A stretch of DNA of 42,124 nt, taken from positions 1-42,124 of IMG/VR virus record IMGVR_UViG_2909282993_000003; one strand, written 5' to 3'. A program made the position numbers and the translations under genes. Below the pieces are notes generated by a model. It ran no database searches, was not told the origin of the DNA, and worked only from the letters and a program-made list of their open reading frames with translations. Origin of the DNA: a virus (taxonomy: Duplodnaviria > Heunggongvirae > Uroviricota > Caudoviricetes). Every line of letters starts with the position of its first letter. Position 1 is the stretch's first letter. This document shows, piece after piece, positions 26,796-38,153 of the stretch.

Positions 26796-27374
26796 ATGAA
26801 GGGGCTTGAGAATGCCATCCGCAATCTGAACAGTCTTGATACCCGTATGGTGCCACAGGCCAGCGCATGGGCGATAAACCGTGTGGCACAGAAAGCGGTC
26901 TCGGTTGCCACCCGGCAGGTTGCCGGGAATACCGTTGCGGGAGATAACCAGGTGAAAGGGATCCCCCTGAAACTGGTACGTCAGCGTGTCCGGGTGTTTA
27001 AAGCCAGTCCGTCAGGAAAAATGACGGCCAGGATCCGCATTAACCGGGGCAATCTGCCCGCCATTAAGCTGGGGACAGCCCGGGTCAGACTGGCCCGGCG
27101 TGGTGGAAAACTGCAGTACCGTGGAAGTGTGCTGAAGGTGGGTAAATATCTTTTCCGGGATGCGTTTATTCAGCAACTGGCGAATGGTCGCTGGCATGTG
27201 ATGCGGCGTATTGATGGCAAAAATCGTTACCCCATTGATGTGGTGAAAATCCCGCTGTCCGGACCGCTGACACAGGCATTTGAAGATGCCCGCGACCGCA
27301 TCATTGCTGCGGAAATGCCGAAACAGCTGGGGTATGCACTGAAACAACAACTGAGATTATGGCTGACCCGATGA
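26796..27374 (+). CDS. Minor tail protein Z-like (tail completion)
   Basis: 192-aa ORF immediately preceding the U, V, G/GT, H series; position matches lambda Z. Confidence 0.7.
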   Translation: MKGLENAIRNLNSLDTRMVPQASAWAINRVAQKAVSVATRQVAGNTVAGDNQVKGIPLKLVRQRVRVFKASPSGKMTARIRINRGNLPAIKLGTARVRLARRGGKLQYRGSVLKVGKYLFRDAFIQQLANGRWHVMRRIDGKNRYPIDVVKIPLSGPLTQAFEDARDRIIAAEMPKQLGYALKQQLRLWLTR

Positions 27375-27772
27375 ACCGACATACACAAATCCGCCAGGTC
27401 GTACTGGCACGCCTTCGGGAACAGTGTGGAGACAGCGCCACGTTTTTTGACGGACTTCCGGCATTTGTTGATGCGCAGGAACTGCCTGCCGTGGCGGTGT
27501 GGCTGAGTGATGCTCAGTACACCGGAAAAATGACGGATGAAGATGACTGGCAGGCTGTTCTGCATATTGCTGTCTTCATCCGGGCACAGGCACCGGATTC
27601 AGAGCTGGATATGTGGATGGAGAGCACCATTTTCCCGGCACTGAATGATGTACCGGCACTTTCCGGACTCATCGACACCCTGATCCCACTCGGTTTTAAC
27701 TATCAACGTGATAATGAGATGGCCACCTGGGCGATGGCGGAAATCACGTACCAGATCACGTACACGAATTAA
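27371..27772 (+). CDS. Tail terminator protein U-like
   Basis: Product contains ATFFDG, PAVAV and ...DSELDMWMES..., recognisably similar to recalled lambda gpU; ATGA overlap with Z. Confidence 0.8.
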   Translation: MNRHTQIRQVVLARLREQCGDSATFFDGLPAFVDAQELPAVAVWLSDAQYTGKMTDEDDWQAVLHIAVFIRAQAPDSELDMWMESTIFPALNDVPALSGLIDTLIPLGFNYQRDNEMATWAMAEITYQITYTN

Positions 27773-27782
27773 GGAGGTGGTA

Positions 27783-28526
27783 ATGACCACACCAAATCCA
27801 CTGGCAAAAACGAAAGGTGCGGGAACGACGTTCTGGATGTATACCGGCAAGGGCGATGCGTTTGCGAACCCTTTATCGGACACTGACTGGCTGCGTCTTG
27901 CGATGGTGAAGGATCTGCAACCTGGCGAAATGACCGCTGATGCAGAAGATGACACTTATCTCGATGATGAAGATGCAGACTGGAAAACGACAACCCAGGG
28001 GCAGAAATCAGTCGGTGATACTTCGGCGACGTTGGCCTGGCGTCCGGGGGACAGCGGGCAGAAAAAACTGGTTCAGTTGTTCGACTCCGGTGAAGTCTGC
28101 GCGTTTCGTATCAAATATTCCAACGGTACTGTTGATGTTTTCCGTGGCTGGCTGAGTTCACTGGGTAAAACCATTGCCTCAAAAGACGTGATGACCCGCA
28201 CCGTGAAAATCAGCGGTGTGGGGCGTCCGTATCTGGCAGAGGAAGGCACTGAAACCGTGGGCGTTACCGGGCTGACGGTGGCACCGGCATCTGCCAGTGT
28301 AAAAGTGGGAGCAGCCACCACGCTGACCTTTACAGTAAAACCTGACGGAGCCAGTGACAAAGCGATCAGTGTGCATTCGACAGATCCACAGACTGCCACG
28401 GTGACCCTGAACGGGCTTGTGGCCACGGTGAAAGGCGTGAAGCAGGGCAGTGTCAGCATTGTGGGCATGACTTCTGACGGCGATTTTGTGGCAGTGGCTA
28501 CGGTGGCTGTCAGCGCCGCAGGTTAA
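27783..28526 (+). CDS. Major tail tube protein V-like with C-terminal Ig-like (Big_2) domain
   Basis: N-terminus MTTPNPLAKTKGAGTTFWMYTGKGDAFANPLSD closely parallels recalled lambda gpV; AGGAGG ribosome-binding site; C-terminal Thr/Val-rich Ig-like region. Confidence 0.9.
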   Translation: MTTPNPLAKTKGAGTTFWMYTGKGDAFANPLSDTDWLRLAMVKDLQPGEMTADAEDDTYLDDEDADWKTTTQGQKSVGDTSATLAWRPGDSGQKKLVQLFDSGEVCAFRIKYSNGTVDVFRGWLSSLGKTIASKDVMTRTVKISGVGRPYLAEEGTETVGVTGLTVAPASASVKVGAATTLTFTVKPDGASDKAISVHSTDPQTATVTLNGLVATVKGVKQGSVSIVGMTSDGDFVAVATVAVSAAG

Positions 28527-28546
28527 CAGGATGATACTCATCATTT

Positions 28547-28570
28547 GCCCCGGTTATCCGGGGCTTTTTT
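28547..28570 (+). terminator. Intrinsic terminator after V
   Basis: GCCCCGG-TTAT-CCGGGGC stem-loop followed by six T. Confidence 0.65.
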
Positions 28571-28583
28571 GCAGGTGTAGAAC

Positions 28584-28973
28584 ATGATGTTTCTGAAACA
28601 GGACACGTTTAATTATGAAAAACAGTCCGTGGTGCTCAGTGAGCTGTCCGGGCTGCAGAGAATTGAATATCTGGCGTTTGTTCAGCAGCGAACGGCAAAG
28701 TTTGATGCCGGGGAGGGAGAACTGCCGGAGGCTGAACGACAGATTGCTTTTCTGCGGATGGGGATGGATATCAATGCCTGGCTGGTTTCCCGCTCACTGT
28801 GGAATGCGGATCAGTCTAAGGATGTAGAGACGCTTTGCGCATCCGTTATTACAACATGGTCGTATGATGCCCTGGGAGCGGGGGCGGAGATGGTTCTGTC
28901 GCTGAGCGGTATGGGGGCCATTGATAATGCCGGGGATGATGAGCATGAGGCGCTGACGCCGGAAAAGTCCTGA
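28584..28973 (+). CDS. Tail assembly chaperone G
   Basis: 129-aa ORF between V and the tape measure gene, with the downstream -1 frame (T) open from 28949; canonical G/GT arrangement. Confidence 0.8.
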   Translation: MMFLKQDTFNYEKQSVVLSELSGLQRIEYLAFVQQRTAKFDAGEGELPEAERQIAFLRMGMDINAWLVSRSLWNADQSKDVETLCASVITTWSYDALGAGAEMVLSLSGMGAIDNAGDDEHEALTPEKS

Positions 28974-29311
28974 CGCGGGAAATGCAGTTTGTCATGCGGC
29001 TTGCCCGGGAGTTCAGGCGGGCAGACTGGCGGCGGATGCTGTCGGAAATGTCGGCCACTGAGCTTGGTGAGTGGGGCGATTATTTCCGGATGCAGAGCTT
29101 CAGTGATGTGTGGATGGATGCGCAGTTTGCCTCGCTGAAGGCATTGATCGTGAGAATGGTGTCCGGCAGCAGTGATGCTGCGGTGGCTGATTTCAGCCTT
29201 TTACCGGAAGAGAACGGGATACCGGAGCGAACGGACGAAGAACTGATGCATCTTGGGGAAGGTATTTCCGGAGGTGTGCGTTATGGACCAGATAGCCAAC
29301 CTGGTCATTGA
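28949..29311 (+). CDS. T portion of the tail assembly chaperone GT, expressed by programmed -1 frameshift from G
   Basis: The -1 frame relative to G is open from 28949 and runs to 29311, overlapping the start of the tape measure gene; the A-rich stretch CCGGAAAAG sits at the last codons of G. Confidence 0.7.
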   Translation, partial: GADAGKVLTREMQFVMRLAREFRRADWRRMLSEMSATELGEWGDYFRMQSFSDVWMDAQFASLKALIVRMVSGSSDAAVADFSLLPEENGIPERTDEELMHLGEGISGGVRYGPDSQPGH

Positions 29312-32300
29312 TTTGGGGATTGATGCGGCAGAGTTTAAAAATGAAATTCCCCGTATCAAAAACCTTCTGAATGGTGCAGCCAGCGATGCAGAACGGTCTT
29401 CTGCCCGTATGCAGCGTTTTATGGAGCGTCAGACTCAGGCCGCCCGGCAGACAACGCAGGCGGCTTCTTCGGCTGCAACAGCCGCATCCGTCCATGCGCA
29501 GACGGTGGAGAAGAACGCACAGGCTCATGAACGCATGGCCCGCGAGGTGGAGAAAACCCGCCAGCGCATGGAGGCACTGAGCCAGAAAATGCGTGAGGAA
29601 CAGGCGCAGGCCATGGCTCTGGCGGAGGCTCAGGATAAAGCGGCTGCTGCGTTTTATCGTCAGATTGACAGTGTGAAACAGGCCAGTGCGGGGCTGCAGG
29701 AATTACAGCGTATTCAGCAGCAGATCCGACAGGCCAGAAACAGTGGCGGGATTGGTCAGCAGGATTATCTGGCGCTGATTTCTGAGGTTACGGCGAAAAC
29801 CCGTGTTCTTACACAGGCTGAGGAAGAGGCTACCCGACAGAAAGTGGCGTTTATCCGTCAGCTTAAAGAGCAGGCAACCCGCCAGAATCTTTCATCTTCT
29901 GAGTTGCTTCGTGCCAGGGCAGCCCAGCTGGGGGTAAGCAGTGCTGCAGAAGTGTATATCCGCAAAATGGAGCAGGCAGGAAAAGCCACGCATTCGCTGG
30001 GTCTGAAAAGTGCAGCAGCCCGCCAGGAGATAGGCGTTCTGATAGGTGAACTGGCCCGTGGCAATTTAGGAGCGCTGAGGGGATCCGGGATAACGCTGGC
30101 TAACCGTGCCGGATGGATAGACACACTGATGTCACCGAAAGGCATGATGCTGGGCGGGGTTATTGGCGGTATTGCCGCGGCCGTCTATGGTCTGGGTAAA
30201 GCCTGGTATGACGGTCAGAAGGAGGGGGAAGAATTTAACCGCCAGCTGTCACTGGCGGGGCATTATGCCGGAGTCACTGCCGGGCAGCTGTGGACGCTCA
30301 GTCGTGCTATTTCCGGGAATGGTATCACGCAACATGCTGCAGCCGGTGCGCTGGCTCAGGTGGTGGGGAGTGGTGCATTTCGTGGAAACGATATCGGTAT
30401 GGTGGCGAGAGCTGCCGCACAGATGGAGCGATCGGTTGGCCAGTCGGTCAGCGATACCATAAATCAGTTTAAGCGGCTGAAGGATGATCCTGTAAATGCC
30501 GCGAAGGCTCTGGACAATGAGCTGCATTTTCTTACTGCCACTCAGCTTGAGCAGATACGCGTCCTTGGGGATCAGGGGCGGTCCAGTGATGCGGCACGGA
30601 TAGCCATGTCTGCACTGGCAGAGGAAACCGGTCGGCGTACTGCGGATATTGATAATAACCTCAATGCGCTGGGCAGTACGCTGAAGTATCTGTCTGATTT
30701 ATGGAGTCGTTTCTGGGATGCGGCCATGAATATTGGTCGTGAAGACTCGCTGGATGAACAGATTGCCGCTTTACAGGAGAAAGTGTCGCGGGCGAAAAGA
30801 CTCCCCTGGACGGCATCATCTTCTCAGGTTGAATACGATCAGCAGCGTCTTAACGATCTTCAGGAGAAAAAACGCCAGAAGGATTTGCAGGATGCAAAAG
30901 AGCAGGCAGAGCGGAATTATCAGGAGCAACAGAAACGCCGTAATGCTGAAAATGCTGCACTGAACCGGATGAATGAAACGGAAGCAGCACGACATCAGCG
31001 TGAAATTGCGCGTATTAATTCCATGCAGTACGCCGATCAGGCTGTCAGGGATGCGGCGATACAACGTGAAAATGAACGTTACGAGAAAGCCCTGGCATCC
31101 GGTAAGAAAAAAACACGCGAAACCCGTAATGATGAGGCCACCCGGTTATTGCTGCAGTACAGTCAGCAACAGGCACAGGTGGAAGGACAGATTGCTGCTG
31201 CCAGACAGTCAGCAGGCATTGCCACGGAAAGGATGACAGAAGCGCATAAACAGCTCCTGGCTCTGCAGCAGCGCATCAGCGACCTGGACGGGAAAAAACT
31301 GACGGCAGATGAAAAGAGTGTGCTGGCCCGTAAAGATGAACTGATTCAGGCACTGACGCTGCTGGATGTAAAACAGCAGGAGCTTCAGAAACAGACGGCA
31401 CTCAACGAGCTGAAGAAAAAAACAATTCAGCTGACCAGTCAACTGGCTGAAGAAGAGCGCGCTCAGCGTCAGCAACATGACCTGGATATCGCCACGGTGG
31501 GTATGGGTGATCAGCAGCGACAGCGATATCAGGTACAACTGAGTCTTCGCCAGAAATACCAGCAACAGCTGGAGCAGTTGAGGCGGGATAGTGAGCAGAA
31601 AGGGACATATAACACGGATGACTACAGAAAGGCCGAGCAGGCGCTGACGGAGAGCCTGAACCGACAACTGAATGAGAATCGCCGTTACTGGCAACAGCTT
31701 GAAGTTGTGCAGGGTAACTGGAAAAACGGAGTCCTGCGTGCATTTCAGGATTTTACCGTGGATGCAGATAATACGGCAGAAACAGCAGAACAGGTGTTCT
31801 CGTCAGCCTTCAGCAACATGGGAAATGGCCTGGCAACTTTTGTCACTACCGGCAAACTCAATTTCAAATCCTTCACCTCTTCTGTGCTGTCAGATATGGC
31901 GAAAATCCTGGCGCAGGCAACCATGATGAAATCGATAAAAGGGATTGGCAGTGTACTGGGATTTGATCTCAGCAGCCTTTCCCTGAATGCCAATGGGGGG
32001 ATTTATCAGTCTGCTGATTTGAGTCGTTACAGTGGCACGGTGGTTAACCGTCCGACGTTTTTTGCTTTTGCAAAAGGCGCGGGTGTGATGGGGGAAGCGG
32101 GACCTGAAGCCATTCTGCCATTGCGTCGTGGTGCTGACGGTAAGCTGGGGGTTGTGGCGGATATTGGGGGTTCAGGTATGGCGATGTTTTCCCCGCAGTA
32201 CAACATCGAGATCAATAACGATGGCACGAACGGGCAGATAGGTCCGGCTGCCCTGAAGGTGGTTTATGACCTTGGGAAAAAAGCGGCAGCGGACTTTATG

Positions 32301-32348
32301 CAACAGCAGGCCCGTGATGGTGGTCGGTTAAGTGGAGCATATCGGTAA
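29283..32348 (+). CDS. Tail tape measure protein (gpH-like)
   Basis: About 1020-aa ORF with long coiled-coil/Ala-Gln-rich regions between the chaperone and M genes; GGAGG-type ribosome-binding site before the ATG at 29283. Confidence 0.9.
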   Translation: MDQIANLVIDLGIDAAEFKNEIPRIKNLLNGAASDAERSSARMQRFMERQTQAARQTTQAASSAATAASVHAQTVEKNAQAHERMAREVEKTRQRMEALSQKMREEQAQAMALAEAQDKAAAAFYRQIDSVKQASAGLQELQRIQQQIRQARNSGGIGQQDYLALISEVTAKTRVLTQAEEEATRQKVAFIRQLKEQATRQNLSSSELLRARAAQLGVSSAAEVYIRKMEQAGKATHSLGLKSAAARQEIGVLIGELARGNLGALRGSGITLANRAGWIDTLMSPKGMMLGGVIGGIAAAVYGLGKAWYDGQKEGEEFNRQLSLAGHYAGVTAGQLWTLSRAISGNGITQHAAAGALAQVVGSGAFRGNDIGMVARAAAQMERSVGQSVSDTINQFKRLKDDPVNAAKALDNELHFLTATQLEQIRVLGDQGRSSDAARIAMSALAEETGRRTADIDNNLNALGSTLKYLSDLWSRFWDAAMNIGREDSLDEQIAALQEKVSRAKRLPWTASSSQVEYDQQRLNDLQEKKRQKDLQDAKEQAERNYQEQQKRRNAENAALNRMNETEAARHQREIARINSMQYADQAVRDAAIQRENERYEKALASGKKKTRETRNDEATRLLLQYSQQQAQVEGQIAAARQSAGIATERMTEAHKQLLALQQRISDLDGKKLTADEKSVLARKDELIQALTLLDVKQQELQKQTALNELKKKTIQLTSQLAEEERAQRQQHDLDIATVGMGDQQRQRYQVQLSLRQKYQQQLEQLRRDSEQKGTYNTDDYRKAEQALTESLNRQLNENRRYWQQLEVVQGNWKNGVLRAFQDFTVDADNTAETAEQVFSSAFSNMGNGLATFVTTGKLNFKSFTSSVLSDMAKILAQATMMKSIKGIGSVLGFDLSSLSLNANGGIYQSADLSRYSGTVVNRPTFFAFAKGAGVMGEAGPEAILPLRRGADGKLGVVADIGGSGMAMFSPQYNIEINNDGTNGQIGPAALKVVYDLGKKAAADFMQQQARDGGRLSGAYR

Positions 32349-32677
32349 TGGAGACGTTTCACTGGAAAGTGCGCCCGGATATGAATGTGGTATCAGAGCC
32401 GAAAGTGGTGACAGTGAAGCTGGGCGATGGTTATGAACAGCGTCGTGCGGCGGGACTGAATAACCAGTTGTCGACTTACAGCGTGACGATACGTGTTCGT
32501 AAATGTGAACACCCATCTTTAAAAGCCTTTCTGGAACGGCACGGTGGCGTCCGCGCATTTCAGTGGACGCCACCTTATGACTGGAGGCCGATCAGGGTGG
32601 TTTGTCGTAAATGGTCGGCAAGCGTGGGGGCGCTGTGGGTAACCATAACGGCAGATTTTGAACAGGTCGTGGCATAG
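32348..32677 (+). CDS. Minor tail protein M
   Basis: 109-aa ORF, same length and position as lambda gpM. Confidence 0.85.
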   Translation: METFHWKVRPDMNVVSEPKVVTVKLGDGYEQRRAAGLNNQLSTYSVTIRVRKCEHPSLKAFLERHGGVRAFQWTPPYDWRPIRVVCRKWSASVGALWVTITADFEQVVA

Positions 32678-32686
32678 GAGGCCCTG

Positions 32687-33385
32687 ATGCAGGATATTCC
32701 ACAGGAAACACATCATGAGACGACACGCCTTACTCAGTCAGCCCTGGTGGTGCTCTGGGAAATCGATCTGACAGAGGTCGGTGGTGAACGTTATTTTTTC
32801 TGTAATGAGCAGAACGAAAAAGGTGAGCCGGTCACCTGGCAGGGGCGGCAGTATCAGGCATACCCCATTCAGGGGACGGGATTTGAACTGAACGGTAAGG
32901 GCAGTGCTGCCCGTCTGACACTGACGGTCTCTAACCTGCACGGCATGGTCACCGGGATGGCGGAAGACCTGCAGAGTCTGGTCGGCGGAACGGTGGTCAG
33001 GCGTAAGGTTTACGCCCGTTTTCTGGATGCGGTGAACTTCGTCAACGGAAACAGCGACGCCGATCCGGAGCAGGAGGTGATCAGCCGCTGGCGCATCGAG
33101 CAGTGCAGCGAACTGAGTGCGGTCAGTGCCTCCTTTGTGCTCTCCACACCGACGGAAACGGATGGTGCTGTTTTTCCGGGGCGCATCATGCTGGCCAACA
33201 CCTGCACCTGGACCTATCGCGGTGATGAGTGCGGTTATCATGGTCCGGCTGTCGCGGATGAATATGACCAGCCGACGTCCGATATCACGAAGGATAAATG
33301 CAGCAAATGCCTGAGCGGCTGTAAGTTTCGCAATAACGTCGGCAACTTTGGCGGCTTCCTTTCCATTAACAAACTTTCGCAGTAA
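32687..33385 (+). CDS. Minor tail protein L
   Basis: 232-aa ORF, same length and position as lambda gpL; C-terminal Cys cluster (CTWTYRGDECGY...CSKCLSGC) consistent with the iron-sulfur-binding region of gpL. Confidence 0.85.
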   Translation: MQDIPQETHHETTRLTQSALVVLWEIDLTEVGGERYFFCNEQNEKGEPVTWQGRQYQAYPIQGTGFELNGKGSAARLTLTVSNLHGMVTGMAEDLQSLVGGTVVRRKVYARFLDAVNFVNGNSDADPEQEVISRWRIEQCSELSAVSASFVLSTPTETDGAVFPGRIMLANTCTWTYRGDECGYHGPAVADEYDQPTSDITKDKCSKCLSGCKFRNNVGNFGGFLSINKLSQ

Positions 33386-33389
33386 TCCC

Positions 33390-34133
33390 ATGACACAGAC
33401 AGAATCAGCGATTCTGGCGCACGCCCGGCGATGTGCGCCAGCGGAGTCGTGCGGCTTCGTGGTGAGAACGCCGGAAGGGGAAAGATATTTTCCCTGCGTG
33501 AATATCTCCGGTGAGCCGGAGGCGTATTTCCGGATGTCGCCGGAGGACTGGCTGCGGGCAGAGATGCAGGGTGAGATTGTGGCGCTGGTCCACAGCCACC
33601 CCGGTGGTCTGCCCTGGCTGAGTGAGGCTGACAGGCGGCTGCAGGTGCAGAGCGATTTGCCTTGGTGGCTGGTCTGCCGGGGTGAGATTCATAAGTTCCG
33701 CTGTGTGCCGCATCTTACCGGGCGGCGCTTTGAGCACGGGGTGACGGACTGTTACACGCTGTTCCGGGATGCTTATCATCTGGCGGGGATTGAGATGCCG
33801 GACTTTCATCGTGAGGATGACTGGTGGTGTAACGGCCAGAATCTCTATCTGGATAATCTGGAGGCCACAGGGCTGTATCAGGTGCCGTTGTCAGCGGCGC
33901 AGCCGGGCGATGTGCTGCTGTGCTGTTTTGGTTCATCGGTGCCGAATCATGCCGCCATTTACTGCGGCGACGGTGAGCTGTTGCACCATATTCCTGAACA
34001 ACTGAGCAAACGAGAGAGGTATACCGACAAATGGCAGCGACGCACACACTCCCTCTGGCGTCACCGGGCATGGCACGCATCTGCCTTTACGGGGATTTAC
34101 AACGATTTGGCCGCCGCATCGACCTTCGTGTAA
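33390..34133 (+). CDS. Tail assembly protein K (JAB/MPN plus NlpC/P60-like)
   Basis: HSHP (JAMM-like) motif near the N-terminus and a Cys/His-containing C-terminal half; lambda K position; start just after the L stop. Confidence 0.8.
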   Translation: MTQTESAILAHARRCAPAESCGFVVRTPEGERYFPCVNISGEPEAYFRMSPEDWLRAEMQGEIVALVHSHPGGLPWLSEADRRLQVQSDLPWWLVCRGEIHKFRCVPHLTGRRFEHGVTDCYTLFRDAYHLAGIEMPDFHREDDWWCNGQNLYLDNLEATGLYQVPLSAAQPGDVLLCCFGSSVPNHAAIYCGDGELLHHIPEQLSKRERYTDKWQRRTHSLWRHRAWHASAFTGIYNDLAAASTFV

Positions 34134-34678
34134 AAACGGGGGCTGAAGCCATCCGGGCGTTGTCCACACAGCTCCCGGCGTTTCGTCAGAAACTGAATGA
34201 CGGCTGGTATCAGGTGCGCATTGCCGGGCGTGATGCAGGTGAAACCGAATTATCTGCCCGTCTTAATGAGCCGCTGGCAAATGGTGCCGTGATCCACATC
34301 GTGCCGCGTCTGGCGGGAGCTAAAAGTGGCGGTGTGTTTCAGGTGGTGCTGGGGGCGGCGCTGATTGCGGTGGCATGGTGGAACCCTGTGGGCTGGCTGG
34401 GTGCCGCGGCTGTATCGGGCATGTATGCGGCAGGGGCCAGTATGATCCTGGGTGGTGTGGCCCAGATGCTGGCACCGAAAGCCCGGACGCCCACAGCGAC
34501 CAGCACGGATAACGGTAAGCAGAACACCTATTTCTCATCACTGGATAACATGGTTGCCCAGGGCAATGTTCTGCCTGTTCTGTACGGTGAAATGCGCGTG
34601 GGGTCGCGGGTGGCTTCTCAGGAGATCAGCACGGCAGACGAGGGGGACGGTGGTCAGGTTGTGGTGATTGGTCGTTGA
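34031..34678 (+). CDS. Tail assembly protein I
   Basis: N-terminus MAATHTLPLASPGMARICLYGDLQRFGRRIDLRV and C-terminus ...QEISTADEGDGGQVVVIGR match recalled lambda gpI very closely; overlaps the K 3' end as in lambda. Confidence 0.9.
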   Translation: MAATHTLPLASPGMARICLYGDLQRFGRRIDLRVKTGAEAIRALSTQLPAFRQKLNDGWYQVRIAGRDAGETELSARLNEPLANGAVIHIVPRLAGAKSGGVFQVVLGAALIAVAWWNPVGWLGAAAVSGMYAAGASMILGGVAQMLAPKARTPTATSTDNGKQNTYFSSLDNMVAQGNVLPVLYGEMRVGSRVASQEISTADEGDGGQVVVIGR

Positions 34679-34738
34679 TGAAAAACGTTTTATGTGAAAC
34701 CGCCTCAGGGCGGTTTTGTCGTTTCTGGAGCGTGAGGA

Positions 34739-37700
34739 ATGGGTAAAGGCAGCAGTAAGGGGCATACCCCGCGCGAAGCGAAGGACAACCTGAAGTCCAC
34801 GCAGATGCTGAGCGTGATAGACGCCATCAGTGAAGGGCCGATTGAAGGTCCGGTGGACGGATTAAAAAGTGTGCTGCTGAACAGTACGCCAGTGCTGGAC
34901 AGTGAGGGGAATACCAATATCTCCGGTGTCACGGTGGTTTTCCGGGCAGGTGAGCAGGAGCAGACACCGCCGGAGGGATTTGAATCCTCCGGCTCCGAGA
35001 CGGTGCTGGGTACGGAAGTGAAGTACGACACGCCGATTACCCGGACCATCACGTCTGCAAACATCGACCGTCTGCGCTTTACCTTCGGTGTGCAGGCACT
35101 GGTGGAAACCACCTCAAAGGGGGACCGGAATCCGTCGGAAGTCCGCCTGCTGGTTCAGATACAGCGTAACGGTGGCTGGGTGACGGAAAAAGACATCACC
35201 ATTAAAGGCAAAACCACCTCACAGTATCTGGCATCGGTGGTGGTGGGTAACCTGCCGCCGCGCCCGTTTAATATCCGGATGCGCAGGATGACACCGGACA
35301 GCACCACAGACCAGCTGCAGAACAAAACGCTCTGGTCGTCATACACCGAAATCATCGATGTGAAACAGTGCTACCCGAACACGGCACTGGTCGGCGTGCA
35401 GGTGGACTCGGAACAGTTCGGCAGCCAGCAGGTGAGCCGTAATTATCATCTTCGCGGGCGCATTCTGCAGGTGCCGTCGAACTATAACCCGCAGACGCGG
35501 CAATACAGCGGTATCTGGGACGGAACGTTTAAGCCAGCATACAGCAACAACATGGCCTGGTGTCTGTGGGATATGCTGACCCATCCGCGCTACGGCATGG
35601 GGAAACGTCTTGGTGCGGCGGATGTGGATAAATGGGCGCTGTATGTCATCGGCCAGAATTGCGACCAGTCGGTGCCGGATGGCTTTGGTGGCACGGAGCC
35701 GCGCATCACCTGTAATGCGTACATGACCACGCAGCGCAAGGCGTGGGATGTGCTCAGTGATTTCTGCTCGGCGATGCGCTGTATGCCGGTATGGAACGGG
35801 CAGACGCTGACGTTCGTGCAGGACCGACGGTCGGATAAGGTGTGGACCTATAACCGCAGTAATGTGGTGATGCCGGATGATGGCGCGCCGTTCCGCTACA
35901 GCTTCAGCGCCCTGAAGGACCGCCATAATGCCGTTGAGGTGAACTGGATTGACCCGAATAATGGCTGGGAGACGGCGACAGAGCTTGTGGAGGACACGCA
36001 GGCCATTGCCCGTTACGGTCGTAACGTCACGAAGATGGATGCTTTTGGCTGTACCAGTCGGGGGCAGGCACACAGAGCCGGGCTGTGGCTGATTAAAACG
36101 GAACTGCTGGAAACGCAGATCGTGGACTTCAGCGTGGGTGCCGAAGGGCTTCGCCATGTGCCGGGCGATGTCATTGAAATCTGTGATGATGACTATGCCG
36201 GTATCAGCACCGGTGGTCGTGTGCTGGCGGTGAACAGCCAGACCCGGACGCTGACGCTCGACCGTGAAATCACGCTGCCATCCTCCGGCACCACGCTGAT
36301 AAGCCTGGTTGACGGACAGGGGAATCCGGTCAGCGTGGAGGTCCAGTCCGTCACCGACGGCGTGAAGGTAAAAGTAAGCCGTGTTCCTGACGGCGTTGCA
36401 GAATACAGCGTGTGGGGGCTGAAGCTGCCGACGCTGCGCCAGCGCCTGTTCCGCTGTGTGAGTATCCGTGAGAACGATGACGGCACGTATGCCATCACTG
36501 CCGTGCAGCATGTACCGGAAAAAGAGGCCATCGTGGATAACGGGGCGCACTTTGACGGCGACCAGAGCGGCACGGTGAACGGTGTCACGCCGCCAGCGGT
36601 GCAGCACCTGACTGCCGAAGTCACCGCAGACAGCGGGGAATATCAGGTGCTGGCGCGCTGGGACACGCCGAAGGTGGTGAAGGGGGTGAGCTTTATGCTT
36701 CGCCTGACCGTGGCAGCGGATGACGGCAGTGAGCGGCTGGTCAGCACGGCCCGGACGACGGAAACCACATACCGCTTCACGCAACTGGCGCTGGGAAACT
36801 ACAGGCTGACAGTCCGGGCAGTAAATGCGTGGGGGCAGCAGGGCGATCCGGCGTCGGTATCGTTCCGGATTGCCGCACCGGCAGCACCGTCGAGGATTGA
36901 GCTGACGCCGGGCTATTTTCAGATAACCGCCACGCCGCATCTTGCGGTTTATGATCCGACGGTACAGTTTGAGTTCTGGTTCTCGGAAAAGCGGATTGCT
37001 GATATCAGGCAGGTTGAAACCACAGCCCGCTACCTCGGCACGGGGCTGTACTGGATAGCCGCCAGTATCAATATCAAACCGGGCCATGATTATTACTTTT
37101 ATATCCGCAGTGTGAACACCGTTGGCAAATCGGCATTCGTGGAGGCCGTCGGTCGGGCGAGCGATGATGCGGAAGGTTACCTGGATTTTTTCAAAGGCCA
37201 TATAACCGAATCCCATCTCGGTAAAGAGCTGCTGGAAAAAGTAGACCTGACGGAGGATAACGCCAGCAGACTGGATGAGTTTTCGAAAGAGTGGAAGGAC
37301 GCTAACGATAAATGGAATGCTATGTGGGGCGTCAAAATTGAGCAGACCAAAGACGGCAAACATTATGTCGCGGGTATTGGCCTCAGCATGGAGGACACGG
37401 AGGAAGGCAAGCTGAGCCAGTTTCTGGTTGCCGCCAATCGTATCGCGTTTATTGACCCGGCAAACGGGAATGAAACGCCGATGTTTGTGGCGCAGGGCAA
37501 CCAGATATTCATGAACGACGTGTTCCTGAAACGCCTGACGGCTCCCACCATTACCAGCGGTGGAAATCCGCCGGCATTTTCCCTGACACCGGACGGAAAG
37601 TTGACCGCTAAAAATGCGGATATCAGCGGTAATGTGAATGCAAATTCAGGGACGCTCAACAACGTCACGATTAACGAGAACTGTCGGGTTCTGGGAAAAC

Positions 37701-38134
37701 TGTCCGCGAACCAGATTGAAGGCGATCTCGTTAAAACAGTGGGCAAAGCTTTCCCCCGGGACTCCCGTGCACCGGAGCGGTGGCCATCAGGGACCATTAC
37801 CGTCAGGGTTTATGACGATCAGCCGTTTGACCGGCAAATTGTTATTCCTGCGGTGGCTTTCAGCGGTGCCAGACATGAGCGGGAGAATAGCGATACTTAT
37901 TCGTCATGCCGCCTGATAGTGAAGAAAAACGGGGCTGAAATTTATAACCGAACGGCTCTGGATAATACGCTGATATACACGGGTGTTATTGATATGCCTG
38001 CAGGCAGTGGCGTAATGACACTGGAGTTTTCTGTATCAGCATGGTGGGTAAATGGTTGGTATCCCACAGCAAGTATCAGCGATTTGCTGGTTGTTGTGAT
38101 GAAGAAAGCCACTGCAGGCATCACGATTAGCTGA
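34739..38134 (+). CDS. Tail tip / host specificity protein J
   Basis: 1131-aa ORF in the lambda J position and of lambda J size (about 1132 aa); fibronectin-like repeats. Confidence 0.95.
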   Translation: MGKGSSKGHTPREAKDNLKSTQMLSVIDAISEGPIEGPVDGLKSVLLNSTPVLDSEGNTNISGVTVVFRAGEQEQTPPEGFESSGSETVLGTEVKYDTPITRTITSANIDRLRFTFGVQALVETTSKGDRNPSEVRLLVQIQRNGGWVTEKDITIKGKTTSQYLASVVVGNLPPRPFNIRMRRMTPDSTTDQLQNKTLWSSYTEIIDVKQCYPNTALVGVQVDSEQFGSQQVSRNYHLRGRILQVPSNYNPQTRQYSGIWDGTFKPAYSNNMAWCLWDMLTHPRYGMGKRLGAADVDKWALYVIGQNCDQSVPDGFGGTEPRITCNAYMTTQRKAWDVLSDFCSAMRCMPVWNGQTLTFVQDRRSDKVWTYNRSNVVMPDDGAPFRYSFSALKDRHNAVEVNWIDPNNGWETATELVEDTQAIARYGRNVTKMDAFGCTSRGQAHRAGLWLIKTELLETQIVDFSVGAEGLRHVPGDVIEICDDDYAGISTGGRVLAVNSQTRTLTLDREITLPSSGTTLISLVDGQGNPVSVEVQSVTDGVKVKVSRVPDGVAEYSVWGLKLPTLRQRLFRCVSIRENDDGTYAITAVQHVPEKEAIVDNGAHFDGDQSGTVNGVTPPAVQHLTAEVTADSGEYQVLARWDTPKVVKGVSFMLRLTVAADDGSERLVSTARTTETTYRFTQLALGNYRLTVRAVNAWGQQGDPASVSFRIAAPAAPSRIELTPGYFQITATPHLAVYDPTVQFEFWFSEKRIADIRQVETTARYLGTGLYWIAASINIKPGHDYYFYIRSVNTVGKSAFVEAVGRASDDAEGYLDFFKGHITESHLGKELLEKVDLTEDNASRLDEFSKEWKDANDKWNAMWGVKIEQTKDGKHYVAGIGLSMEDTEEGKLSQFLVAANRIAFIDPANGNETPMFVAQGNQIFMNDVFLKRLTAPTITSGGNPPAFSLTPDGKLTAKNADISGNVNANSGTLNNVTINENCRVLGKLSANQIEGDLVKTVGKAFPRDSRAPERWPSGTITVRVYDDQPFDRQIVIPAVAFSGARHERENSDTYSSCRLIVKKNGAEIYNRTALDNTLIYTGVIDMPAGSGVMTLEFSVSAWWVNGWYPTASISDLLVVVMKKATAGITIS

Positions 38135-38153
38135 ATTTTATAACCCAGATACG

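Noticed and set aside
35339-37363. 674-aa ORF on the minus strand inside the J gene
   Set aside because: Entirely antisense to the lambda-J-like tail tip gene, which is strongly supported; the product is Arg/His/Pro-rich low-complexity sequence typical of a reverse frame in GC-rich coding DNA.
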